Assembly (NCBI GenBank): GCA_964252035.1
Contig: OZ176214.1
Length of the DNA: 64,000 nt
Origin: Podarcis erhardii
Lineage: Eukaryota
Strand: one strand, 5' to 3'
Of this stretch, positions 16,401 to 27,024 are shown one piece after another. The notes under the pieces were generated by a model. It did not search any database. It saw only the letters and a program-made list of their open reading frames with translations, and was not told the origin of the DNA. How positions within the stretch are numbered: the stretch's first letter is position 1; the number at the start of each line of letters is the position of its first letter. A program made the position numbers and the translations under genes.

Positions 16401-18483
16401 AGGAAGGACCTCAGCCAAATGGAACAATGAGCAGTTCGGTTTGTGTTAGGAAGGTCCTTCTCACCCCCTAGAGAGAAGAGCAGACAGGCAGACTCTGTAT
16501 TTTGGCAGATTATTCAATCTGCCAAAATACACATTAAAGTTGTGGGTATGGAGCTCTGGGATGGGAGGGGGGGAATGTAACCAAAGCAAGAAAAAATTGT
16601 TTCTGCAATAGATGGTGTCAAGCTGGTGGTACCAGTATATTTTTGCTGCCTTGCTAAAGAAGCCTCTCAAGACTGCTCCTTCTTCAGAAGCCTTCCTTGA
16701 ATTCAAATGTTATCGCCTTTGAATATTACCCTCTATCTAATTGTCAGGTGAGCAGCTGATTGGAGGAGGGCTGTGCGGGGAGGGAAGATATAGTGGTAGC
16801 TAGGCCATGTTGTGACAACATGCCGTGCATTTGGTCATAAGAAAGATATTGAAGTGGTCAAAGATAAAGATTTGCATATATGGTCCGGCCAGTAGGAAAT
16901 GCAGCTTGCCTTTCCCACTAGCAATCCAAGCTATGTGGTGCCCAGAGGACTCATAGTTCAATGTAAGAGCTGATTTTTCGCATGCAGGAATTCCCAGGTT
17001 AAGAGGGATGTCAGGTAGCTGGGACAGACCACTACCTGAGGTCTTGGGAGAGCCTGCTGCCAATCAGCACAGGCAAAGAGTGAACTCCTGTTTGGCATCA
17101 GAACAATAAAGGTTTGCAAGTTCCAATAATCTAGCTTCCTGGCTTTCTTAAAAATGCTTTTCAAGAAATCCTGAATAGGCCAACAAGGGTTGGGGGCTTC
17201 CTTTCTCCCCATCTGCTTCCCCATTTCACAGCTGGCAGGAGACCAGCTTTCCGCCCTTGCCAACAATCCCTCAGCAGATCAAAGTTTCCACACAGCAGCT
17301 TTCAATGGCACTGACATGCAGCATCCAGACCCACTGTGTATACCTGGAGGGTAATTATTAACTCTCCAAAGCTGCTTCAGCTTCACAGTCTCTCTTCTTC
17401 CAAGCCATCACCCCCAGGGAGGTTTGAGACTTGAGCTCATTCTAATAGAGATATTTGGGGAGAGGGCAACAGAAGCAAAAAGAGGGGGTGCAACTAATCA
17501 AACCAAGTCAGCCTGCTTCCTCAATGTACCACTATTTCTAGCAATTAAAGATTCTGTATGACCTGTGATTAAGCACTGCTAGCCTAGAAAGTCACATGAC
17601 CCAAACCTAAATGCCCCGCCAAATAACTCCACAGACTACTGTAGATTAAGAAAAAAATAGTTTTCTGTTTGGAAGCCTCCATACAGGCATGGGTAAATGA
17701 CACTGACAAAGGACAAGAAGAGATTAACTTTAAGGCACATGAATATAGGCATGTGATGCACATTTGTGAGTGACTCTTTGTATGGGTTGCTTGTGGGTTT
17801 TGCAACTGTTTTCTAGCTGTGGACCCTATGTTCAAGTAACACCCACTCTTAGGAGAGCTGGCAAGATTTTACAATGAGAAGAGAATCATTCCTGTGGAGT
17901 TAAGGCAAGCCTTTTCGCATTATCACTGTGTACTCTCAAGGCTTTCTCCCACCCTACTGCCATGTAGAGTAACTACAGAACAGACTAGGAGCGGTAAGAA
18001 GGTGGATTGGAATCTACTGGTAGATCTCTGAGTGACTTGCAGCTAGGTGTTTTTTGTTTTGTTTTGTTTGTTTAATAAACAACTATTCTTTCCATATGAA
18101 TAATATGCTGAAATGAAAAAAGCTGAAGGCTAACTGGGAGGATTGTGAGCTTAGTTCAGTTCTTGTACTGAGAACAAATCCCTAGGCTCAAAATGCACTT
18201 AGACACATGCCCTTTAAATCTTGTGTATCTTTTGCATCTGACTCTGGTTGATAGATCCTGAGATTCTAGAAAAAAAGAAAAGAAAGAAAAAACCAAGGGG
18301 GGAGGACATTCACCTAAGTTTTACTCAGAACAGACCCACTGAAATTAATGAAATTAGGTCCATTAATTTCAATAGCTCTACTCTGAGTTTAATTACTCTG
18401 AGTTAAAGTTTAACTTTAATTAACACCACCCAATCCAACAAACATGAAGTCTATTCTGGGGTAAGCAGACAAGTCAGCACAAA

Positions 18484-18769
18484 ACAAAACAAATTCCTTC
18501 CAGTAGCACCTTAAAGACCAACTAAGTCAGTTCTTGGTATGAGCTTTCGTGTGCATGCACACTTCTTCAGATACTTCAGATTTTTCTTCAGATTTTCGTG
18601 CATGCACACGAAATTCTTCAGATTTTCTGAATTCTTCAGATTTTCGTGCATGCACACGAAAGCTCATACCAAGAACTGACTTAGTTGGTCTTTAAGGTGC
18701 TACTGGAAGGAATTTGTTTTGTTTTGACTATGGCAGACCAACACGGCTACCTATCTGTAACTGGAACTA
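18484..18769. mobile_element. Penelope-like element terminus forming an inverted repeat
   Basis: ccagtagcaccttaaagaccaactaag...gtgtgcatgcacacttcttcagatac motif (I recognise it as a lizard PLE end); 13-bp flanking direct repeat aagtcagcacaaa. Confidence 0.75.
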
Positions 18770-18929
18770 AAGTCAGCACAAATGAGACTCTCCCTTCTTA
18801 TCAAAAACAGGCCTGCTTTGGATGCCACTGCAAGAAAATTAAAATGTTTAAGAAGCAAAAAGCAGAAGCACCTAGGCTAGTTACCATGGTTTATCCTCTA
18901 TGAAGCTGTACATGGTCTGGGACCAGAGT

Positions 18930-20230
18930 ATTTCATAGAATCATAGAATTGTACAGTTGGAAGGGACCTCATCTAGTCCAACCCCTTGCAATGCAAGAAT
19001 CTCAACTAAAGTAGGGCTGCCATGTGTCCAGGAATTGTTCAGAAAATGGTGTCTGGGTGATTCTTTGCTGAATCGGCAAAATGTCTGGGAAAACCTGAAA
19101 GTATGGCAAGTTGGGCTATTTTAAAAAAATTCTAAAAAATCTAAGAAAAGCCCCCCAAAAGAGAGATGTTCCCAAAAAAAGCTCAGCAACTTTGATCCAA
19201 AGAAAAACAACAACTCAACAACTCTGTACAGATTTTCACCATTGGGAATATGGCAACCCTAACTAAAACATCTGGCATCCATGACAGATGGCCATCCAAC
19301 CTACGCTTAAAAATTTCCAAGGAAGGAGAGTCCACAACCTCCCAAGAGTCTCTGTTCCACTGTTGAACAGTTCCTACAGTCAGAAAGTTATTCCTGAAGT
19401 TTAGTTGGAATCTCCTTTCTTGTAACTGGAAGCCATTGATTCGAGTCCTACCCTCCAGACCATAAAACAAGCTTGCTCCATCTTCCATGTGACAGCCCTT
19501 GGGATATTTGAATATGGCTATTACATCTCCTCTTAGTTTCCTCTTTTCCAAGCTAAATATACCCAGCTCCTTCCAACTGTTCCCATGAAGTCTTTATTTC
19601 CAGACCCTTGATCATCTTGGTTCCTTCCTCTGCACATGTTCCAGCTTGTCAATATATTGGCTATAGTCTGACTAAGGTAGAATAGAGTGGTGTTGTTATT
19701 TCCCTTGGTTTGGACACTATACTTCTATTGATGCAGGCTAGAATTGCATTAGCTTTCTTGCTGCTGCATCACACTGTTGACTTATGTTAAGCTTGTGGTC
19801 CACTAAGATCCCTAGGTCCTTTTCACAAGTGTCTCTGATCTTATATTTGTGAATCTGGTTCTTCCTGCCTAAGTGCAGAACCCTGCATTTGCCAGTATTG
19901 AAATTCATTTTGTTAGTTTGGGTCCAGTTCTCCAATCTGTTACGGTCATCTTGAATCCATTAGCTACCTGTCCTATTTGGTGTTATCTGCCAATTTAATG
20001 AGCATCCCCATCAATTCCTTCATCCAAGTAATTTTTAAAGACATTGAATAACAACGGACCCAGGAGAGAACCCTGTGGTACCCCACTTGTCACTTTTTTC
20101 CAAGATGATGATTAGTGAGCACTCTTTGGGTTTGGTCAGTGAACCAGTCAACAGTTACCTCATCCAGTCTACATTTTACCCCCTACTTTGCAAGAATATC
20201 ATGGGGAACTGTCAAAAGCCTTACTGAACT
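18930..20230 (-). mobile_element. CR1 LINE, 3' ~1.3 kb (RT C-terminal half plus tail)
   Basis: ORFs 19738..19935 (NKMNFNTGKCRVLHLGRKN) and 19183..19551 (RKLRGDVIAIFKY..SPSLEIFKRRLDGHLS); (catagaat)n tail. Confidence 0.93.
19012..19261. mobile_element. hAT-type MITE nested in the CR1 tail
   Basis: TIR tagggctgccat/atggcaacccta; degenerate TSD aactaaag/aactaaaa. Confidence 0.7.
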
Positions 20231-23200
20231 CGACTTCTAAGGAGGAATGATGGGAGACTAGTTATCAGCTGCTGACACTCCTGTCTGCAGAGATCATTAT
20301 GACGTGATTAAAGGCAACCAAGGCATATTGACAAAACTCCCTTTTGAGATAAGGGGGTCAGGGATAAGATAAACCTCTCATACGACATAGAAGTTTTGGG
20401 AGGTGGAGAACTGTCTTGAGCAAGGAACATTAATGAAGTCCACACACTGTATAATAGTTCTTAAATTAGGGCACTAGGTCGGCAATATCTCCTTCTTTTA
20501 ACTATTCACGAAACTAGAAGAACTATTTGGATTCTCTATCTGCCAGCTAATTAGTGTCCACAAAATAAATGAACTGCTGGAAGATAAACAAGCATTAATT
20601 AACAAGCTAAAAATAGACCAAAAAGCTTACCTTAACTACGGATGACTTCAAAAGTTTACAAATGAAGAGATAGCTCTTATCCTGTGTAAAATTTGCAATC
20701 TATATCATCTGTAATTCTCCGTTGTTTGTGTGCTCAGCTCTGCTCCCGAACACCTAAGCCTAAACTCCAACTCCTGGCAGCAGATTGATGATTTCTGTAC
20801 ACTGCCAAGAAAGAAAAAAATGGACAGTTTAGTCAATAGGAATACAGTACCACCTTTAAGAACCCCAGGGACATGGGCAGGTACACAGTAAAAGGAGAAA
20901 AGTTGCCCTCAGGTTGATTTTTATTTTGTGCCCTCTTCTTATGAAAACACTCTCGATCTGGCAAATACACAGTCCAAGGTCAGATGGATAGCACAGTGAC
21001 TGGAATCAAACAGCTAGAACAGGTCAATGTGGTTTCTGGGGATTTCTTTTTAAAACTGTGTACATGCTCTAACAAAAGTGTGAAGAACCTTCCCCCTCCC
21101 ACCGAGGTTGCTGAAGTACAACTCCAATTATTATTGTCCATTGTGCATGATTGCTAGGGCTGATGGGAGTGTAGCAACATCTGGAGGAACAAAGGTTCCC
21201 CTGCCCCTGCATCTGGGATGTGCTTGCTCCCTTCATCAGGGCAAGGAGTCAGATGTGCTGTTGCGAGTGGGTCAAGTCTGAGGCCTTCTTCTGACATTAG
21301 AGCTGCAGAGGGGTAGAAATTACTCCCTCCGCCATCCCAAACATGGTTAGAAGCCTACAGCTTGCTTTAGTTCTGCACTTGCTGGGTGTGAATACAGAGC
21401 CAAAACAAACCTCTGTCTTACCTTTCTGGCTCTGAGCTGGAGGAAGATGATGCAGGTGCAGAGATAAGGAAAGATACCACACCCTTGCATCTTTGTCCTT
21501 CATCTTACACCATGTTCCAGTGGTGCAGCAGGCTTTTTGTAGCAAGGGCATGTTCGGGTGACCACAAATTTTGAATTGGCTACCCAGGCCACACAAGCTT
21601 TACAAGCTTGTTATAAGACACTGTAGAAAAATCAGCAATGCTTCTGTTCACTGATTCCTGGAACTTTCTTGAAATGTAGGCTTCAGCTGCAAACATTATT
21701 GGAGCAGTGTGTGGGAATGAAAGGCACACCACTTGTTCAGTGCAAGAATTAACCTCAAGAAATGATCCCAGAGTTGGATTATTTTCTATGACATGTCATG
21801 GGTGTTTAGAGTAAGATGCATCACCAAACCTCTTAAATCCCACATTATTGGCTACACCAGCTCAGTTTCCTGTTCAGCTATTTGTCCGATCTAACCAACA
21901 TCTGTTAGGATTTGAATGAGTACAAAGAATTTGAATCTGCTGTTTCTGGTGATGCAGTTTTCAAAGACACAATACAGCTGGCTTCTAAACTCTCAAGTTT
22001 CAAATCACATTTTGAGAGAGACTCTTATTACAGAAAAGTTTGTTTTTTGTTGTTGTTTTTTACAGAGTTAATCTCCAACAGTGTAAAAGCCTTTTTAAAA
22101 TCAGTTCTTAATTCTTCTGGGAGACGTGCCTAGCCAACTCTCCAGACAAAGGCATTCTAAACCAGGAGATCCTGGACAACAGCCCAGAAATGGAACCTGA
22201 GGCACAGAAGATAACAGAAGAAGGGTGCATTTCTGGGTAGAATGAATTAGACTACACCTGCAAAAAGATTTCCTACTCCTCAGTAGTCAGCACCAATCAT
22301 GATAGTTCAAGCCTGAGAAGTTCTAGGTGCCACCTTTACACTTATTGGAGCCTGGGAAACCAGATGCCTAGAATACTTATCCACCTACTCCTGTCCGCCA
22401 ATCTAGGAAGTGCCCTACAACCCTGCCACCTCCAAAGCAAGGGTGGAAAAAAAACATTTCACACAAGCCACTCCTATACAATATAGATTTATTGATTTAT
22501 TTGTATTTTGGGCCTGTTTGTCTTCCAAATCAGCAAACACTTCTTCACCAGCTTGGAAACTGAGATTTTTTCTAGCTCAGTCTTGAAAAACCCAAAAAGA
22601 AAAATCCCTCAAAGAAACTGTTTGGACATAAAAGAACTAGAGAGTTAGGAAGGCAAGTTACATTGCTTCCTAGAACGGCACTTTGGAAGGCCTGCTGGTC
22701 ATAAATACACACCTCCCCATTTCCCTATAACATTAAACTCTACTAGTCCAGCCAGCTGATCATTCTCTACCACCACTCTCCTTTCTCATTCGGCCTCTGT
22801 CTCTTGCCTATCATTCACTCTCATGTTCTTTCCCTTAACCCACCTCTTCATCCTGTCACCAATTCCATTCAGTCCCCTACACTTTACGAATCTCATTTCA
22901 ATTCAACACTCAGGTCCCATCCTTCTCACCTTTCCACACACACCTTCACTCACAGAGGCTTTAAGAGGCTACCAACAGCTACTAGCCATGATGCCTATGT
23001 CTTCCCTCCACTGTTGGAGGCAGTCAGTGTCTGAATATGAGCTGCTAGGGAGCACTGTAGTTGCACTCAGCTTCTCCCTGTGGGCTTTCCATGAGGACAT
23101 CCATCTGGTTGGCCTCAGTCAGGACCGAAAGCTGGATTACCATAGATAGGCTTTGGCTTGTTCCTGCAACAGAGTTCTTCTGCCCATCTTCTGCTTTCAC

Positions 23201-23309
23201 GGATCCTTACTCTTCTTCACTACAATTAGTAGTGACATTTTTGCATTCAGGTACCTCAAAGCGACTTACACAGTAAAACAACTGAGGCTGTAAAAACACT
23301 ACATTGTTA

Positions 23310-23715
23310 AAGCACACAATTCCCCCTCACGACAAAAGAATGTTGGGAACTGTAGTCTGTTAAGGGTTTGGGGAACTTGAAGGGGGGAAATGTAATTTAA
23401 ATGTATGTTGCATATGCAACCAGGTTGCACACATGCCACAAATTTAAAGCACATTCCCCACAAAGTACCCTGGGCACATTAGTTTATGGGTGCTTGGAAC
23501 TGTAGCCCAGTGAGGGGTACACTACGATTTCCAGGATTCTTTGCGGGGGGGGGGGAGATGCATGCTTTAAACGTATGATGTGTATGCAGCCAGCCAGGGA
23601 ACTTAAGTTTAAGGGTGCTGGGAAGTGTAGCTCCACGATGAACAAACTACAACACCCAGGATCCTTTGGGGGAGGCAAGCATGTGCTTTGAATGTGACTG
23701 AAGTGTACTGTGTGG
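23310..23715. repeat. Cluster of short palindromic MITE-like repeats (tttaaagcaca..gggaactgtag..tgctttaaa); other copies at ~26640-26870 and 53870-54140
   Basis: Recurrent self-complementary motif. Confidence 0.6.
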
Positions 23716-24099
23716 CACATGCACCCAAAGGTATTGAAATCAGACGACAGCAATAATAAACAAGAACTAAAATGCCACATCGGAATACAACGGCACTTCC
23801 CACCTCCCGAGCTCCAGCCACCCGCCTTTTCCGCCCTCGTCCCTCCTGCCCTCTGCCTCCCCCTCGGAATCCTGCCCTTCTTCACCCCCGTTTCATTCCT
23901 CCTTTTTACCCTCAGGCCCCCAGGCTCCCTGAGTTCCCGTTGCTCCTCTGTCATTTAGGATTTATTCATTATTCTTGAGGTAACGATCATATTTATTTTA
24001 TTATTTTTCAAGATTACCATATAGATATATGAACACATATAAAAACAGAACTGTTTCCAGTTATCTTCGTTCCCTGCCTCCTCGTCCACCTCCCTCAGC

Positions 24100-24277
24100 C
24101 ACAGCTGTCAACTTTCAGATTTGAAAATAAGGGATCAGCAGCCTCGAAAATAAGGGATCAGCAGCCTCACCTGTCCTGGGGACAGGCTACGGGATCTCTA
24201 ACAATCCGGGACAGCAGCGGGAAACGGCACTGGAATAAGAGGATTTGCCGCAAAAAAAGGGAAGGTTGACAGCTATG
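24100..24277. mobile_element. hAT-type MITE, same family, 178 bp
   Basis: TIR cacagctgtcaac/gttgacagctatg; perfect 8-bp TSD ccctcagc; aligns end to end with 1153..1330. Confidence 0.93.
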
Positions 24278-24358
24278 CCCTCAGCCTCCCCCCGCCCCCC
24301 CCCCCGTGAGGCGCTGGCACCGGAACCCTCGCACTCGCTCCCTCTGCTCGCCGCCTAC

Positions 24359-24560
24359 CTGCGCCTTCCTCGCCTTCTGCTCCTTGCCTCGACCTCCTCA
24401 GACGTGTCCCTTCTTCGCCCGGCGAGCGGAGGCGCCACCTCACTGGCCAGCATCGAGCGAGCGTCACCCGCCCTCCCGCCTCCCTCTCCCAGAAACCAGC
24501 TTCTCATTGGTCCCCCTCCCTTTCCGTCAAACATAAGAGCCCCGGCGCTAAAATCACGGC
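24359..24560 (-). other. SLC31A1: Probable SLC31A1 exon 1 (5' UTR); 5' end not determinable
   Basis: Donor GCGCAG|gtaggc at 24359/24358 at the CpG-island edge; the head-to-head SLC31A1/FKBP15 layout with a non-coding first exon is known from mammals. TSS is a guess. Confidence 0.65.
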
Positions 24561-24798
24561 AGCGGCTCGCTAGCGCCCCCGTGGACGCGTTTCTTTCTTC
24601 CGCCTGGAAGTTTGGGCCGCTTGGTGACCGGTAAATGCTTGGCCGTGATCACGTGCCGCCGGCCGCTTTGGCTTGCTAGTTTCGCTTCCGCAGCGCAGCG
24701 CTTGCGCCATGGCCGAGAAGTTGCAGCCGCGCACTTTGCGGCTCTCGCCTCCCGGCTCGGGCTTAGCCGAGGGGCGCGGGGAGCGAGGGGCCGTCAGG

Positions 24799-24854
24799 AT
24801 GTTGGGGGACATGGATGAAGAAGAAGACGACGCCTTCCAGCTTCCGACGGGAGG
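24799..24854 (+). CDS. FKBP15: FKBP15 exon 1 (MLGDMDEEEDDAFQLPTGG)
   Basis: 56 nt, GG|gtgaga, phase 2. Confidence 0.93.
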
Positions 24855-26993
24855 GTGAGAATGCGGCGCCTCTCTGCCTGGGGGGAGATGCGGGGTGTGC
24901 GGGTGTCTTTGGGTCCGCGTGAGGGGCGGGGCTGTGTGAGGGGACCAGAGCTGTATGTGGGGCTGGGGCTGCATGTGGGGCTGGGGCAGCATGCGGGGCT
25001 GAGGCTGTGTGTGGGGTTGGGGCAGCATGTGGGACTAAAGCTGTATGTGGTTCTGGGGCTGTATGTGGGGCTGGGGTGGGTGTGGTTCTGGGGCTGCATG
25101 TGGGACTGGGGCTGTATGTGAGGCTGGGGTGGGGGGTGCAGGCTTGCGAAGGGTGATTCCGAGCACATGCAGAGGGCTTTGTCTGCAAATACGTGCTGTT
25201 AGGCGCTGAGAGAGAGGCGAAGTTCAGCTGAGCTAGGCGTCTTTGAGCCAGCTGGTGAGGATGAAATGGGCGGGGTTTCGTCCAGCTAAGGATGAAATGG
25301 GAGGCACTGGCTTGCATCCGACTAAGCTATGCGTTGGTTATGCCCGCCCATTTCAGTGGACCTACTCTGAGCTGAAACCGAAGTGCCTTGTGTTTTCACT
25401 GTTTCTTACATGCTTAGCTTTGGAGCATGCAGTGGCTAAAAAGTTCCCCTCTCATGATGATTGGGTGCAGGAGGCAGGGACCCTGCTGCAGAAATGGTAA
25501 CCTCCGCAACCCCAGACCCCTACACCACTGGTGATGGGAGTAGGCTTGCGCTACAATCCAGAGGGCCAAAGGAACCCCACACCTTTTGTAGAGTGAGGGA
25601 ATACATTACGTTTAGTAGTGGTTTGGGACTAGGAAGTTCGGCCCAAGGGTTAATGGGGAAAGGAGGATTATTCTTAAAAAGCAAGACTTATTGGGGGGTA
25701 GACTCCACTGAATTCAACTGAATTTCCCCATGAATGTATAGGGTTGATTTGCATACAAATGCCTGTTGCCTGTGCTGTGGTGAAATATTTTCCCATTTCC
25801 TCATTCTAAATTTCTGTTTCCACTTCTTCTGTGCTGATGTTACACTGAGAGAGAGTCACAAAGTGAGCTTCATCTCCAAGTGGGGGTCTGCACCCTGATC
25901 TCCCAGGTCACAATTTGGCATTCTAACTCCTGCCCTAAAGCGGGTGCCAGTAACAGGACTGAATGGAGGTGTTTTGTGGTCTTAGATTCATTCTACAAAA
26001 GGAACCCTAAGAAAGATTTCTAGTGCCCTTACACTGTGACATTTTAGGTGTTCAAAATAAGGGCACTGCACTGTTGTTTTTGGCAACATTGGCACTGAGC
26101 AAAGGTCAGAGTGACATATAGCCACCTGAATAAAGTGGCCACTGAACCCTAACTGCCCCATGAGAGGACGACTCATCTGGAGGGTAACGTAGGTCTGCAG
26201 CTTGGTCAGCTAGGATTCACTCTTCCTAACACTTGTAGCTGATTAATTTGCTTCAGGAACTGGTGTGATAATTAGTAAGCAATAGAAAAAGGCATCACTT
26301 GGAAAGTCCCCAATTCAGTACGTACATTATTTAAGTGAATCTGCTATCTTTCAGGCTTTGGTCACTACTTCCTATAGGATTGGGAATACTATACTGGTCT
26401 ACATCACAGACTTGTAAGGGCTAAGGTCATAAGGAGAACCCTGCTGAATCATGCCCAGAGCCCATGTAGCTAAGTACTCTGTTCCTGCAGGGCCCAACCT
26501 CTGCAACCCACACTTTCCAACACTGGCATTACAGGGTGGTGAAGTATCTTCTTTGCATGTAGAAGGTCCTGGGTTCAATGCCCAGCATCTTCAGGTAAGG
26601 CTGGGAAAGATGAGATCACTTCCTGATCTCATCTTCACTTTACATTTAAAGCAGTATCATACAGCTTTCAATAGTTTTTGCATCCACACACAATTCTCAG
26701 AGTGACTGCATTCCCTCTTCCCAGGGAACTCTGGGAATGGTAAGTCTGTGAGGGGAACAGGGGGTCTCCTAACAACTCACAGCAGCCTTAACATACTACC
26801 GTTCCCAGGATTCTTTGTAGGAGAAGCCATGAGGGCATAAAGAGTATAATAGTGCTTCCAATGTATAGTGCAGATGAGGTCCCTGTCTGGGACTCTGGAG
26901 AGCTGTTGCTATAGGTGAAATTGAACTAGATGGAACAAGGACGTGACTCAATGTAAGGCCACTTCTTATGTTCCTAGGAAGAAGACATCCAAC

Positions 26994-27024
<31 letters not shown>

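Larger units (their letters stand above)
24280..24930. promoter_or_regulatory. CpG island, bidirectional SLC31A1/FKBP15 promoter
   Basis: Dense CpG and high GC; GC boxes (ccccgcccc ~24290, cccgccctcccgcc ~24467), CCAAT on - (cattgg ~24506), E-box CACGTG at 24650-24655. Confidence 0.85.

Noticed and set aside
24280-24930. Metal-response elements (TGCRCNC) in the copper-transporter promoter
   Set aside because: Near matches only (TGCGCCA, TGCGCCT); no full consensus found by eye.
24570-25317. Minus-strand ORFs with PAPHTA / PQPHMQ repeats (152 and 184 aa)
   Set aside because: They are translations of the 18-bp minisatellite and CpG island; no splice or homology support.
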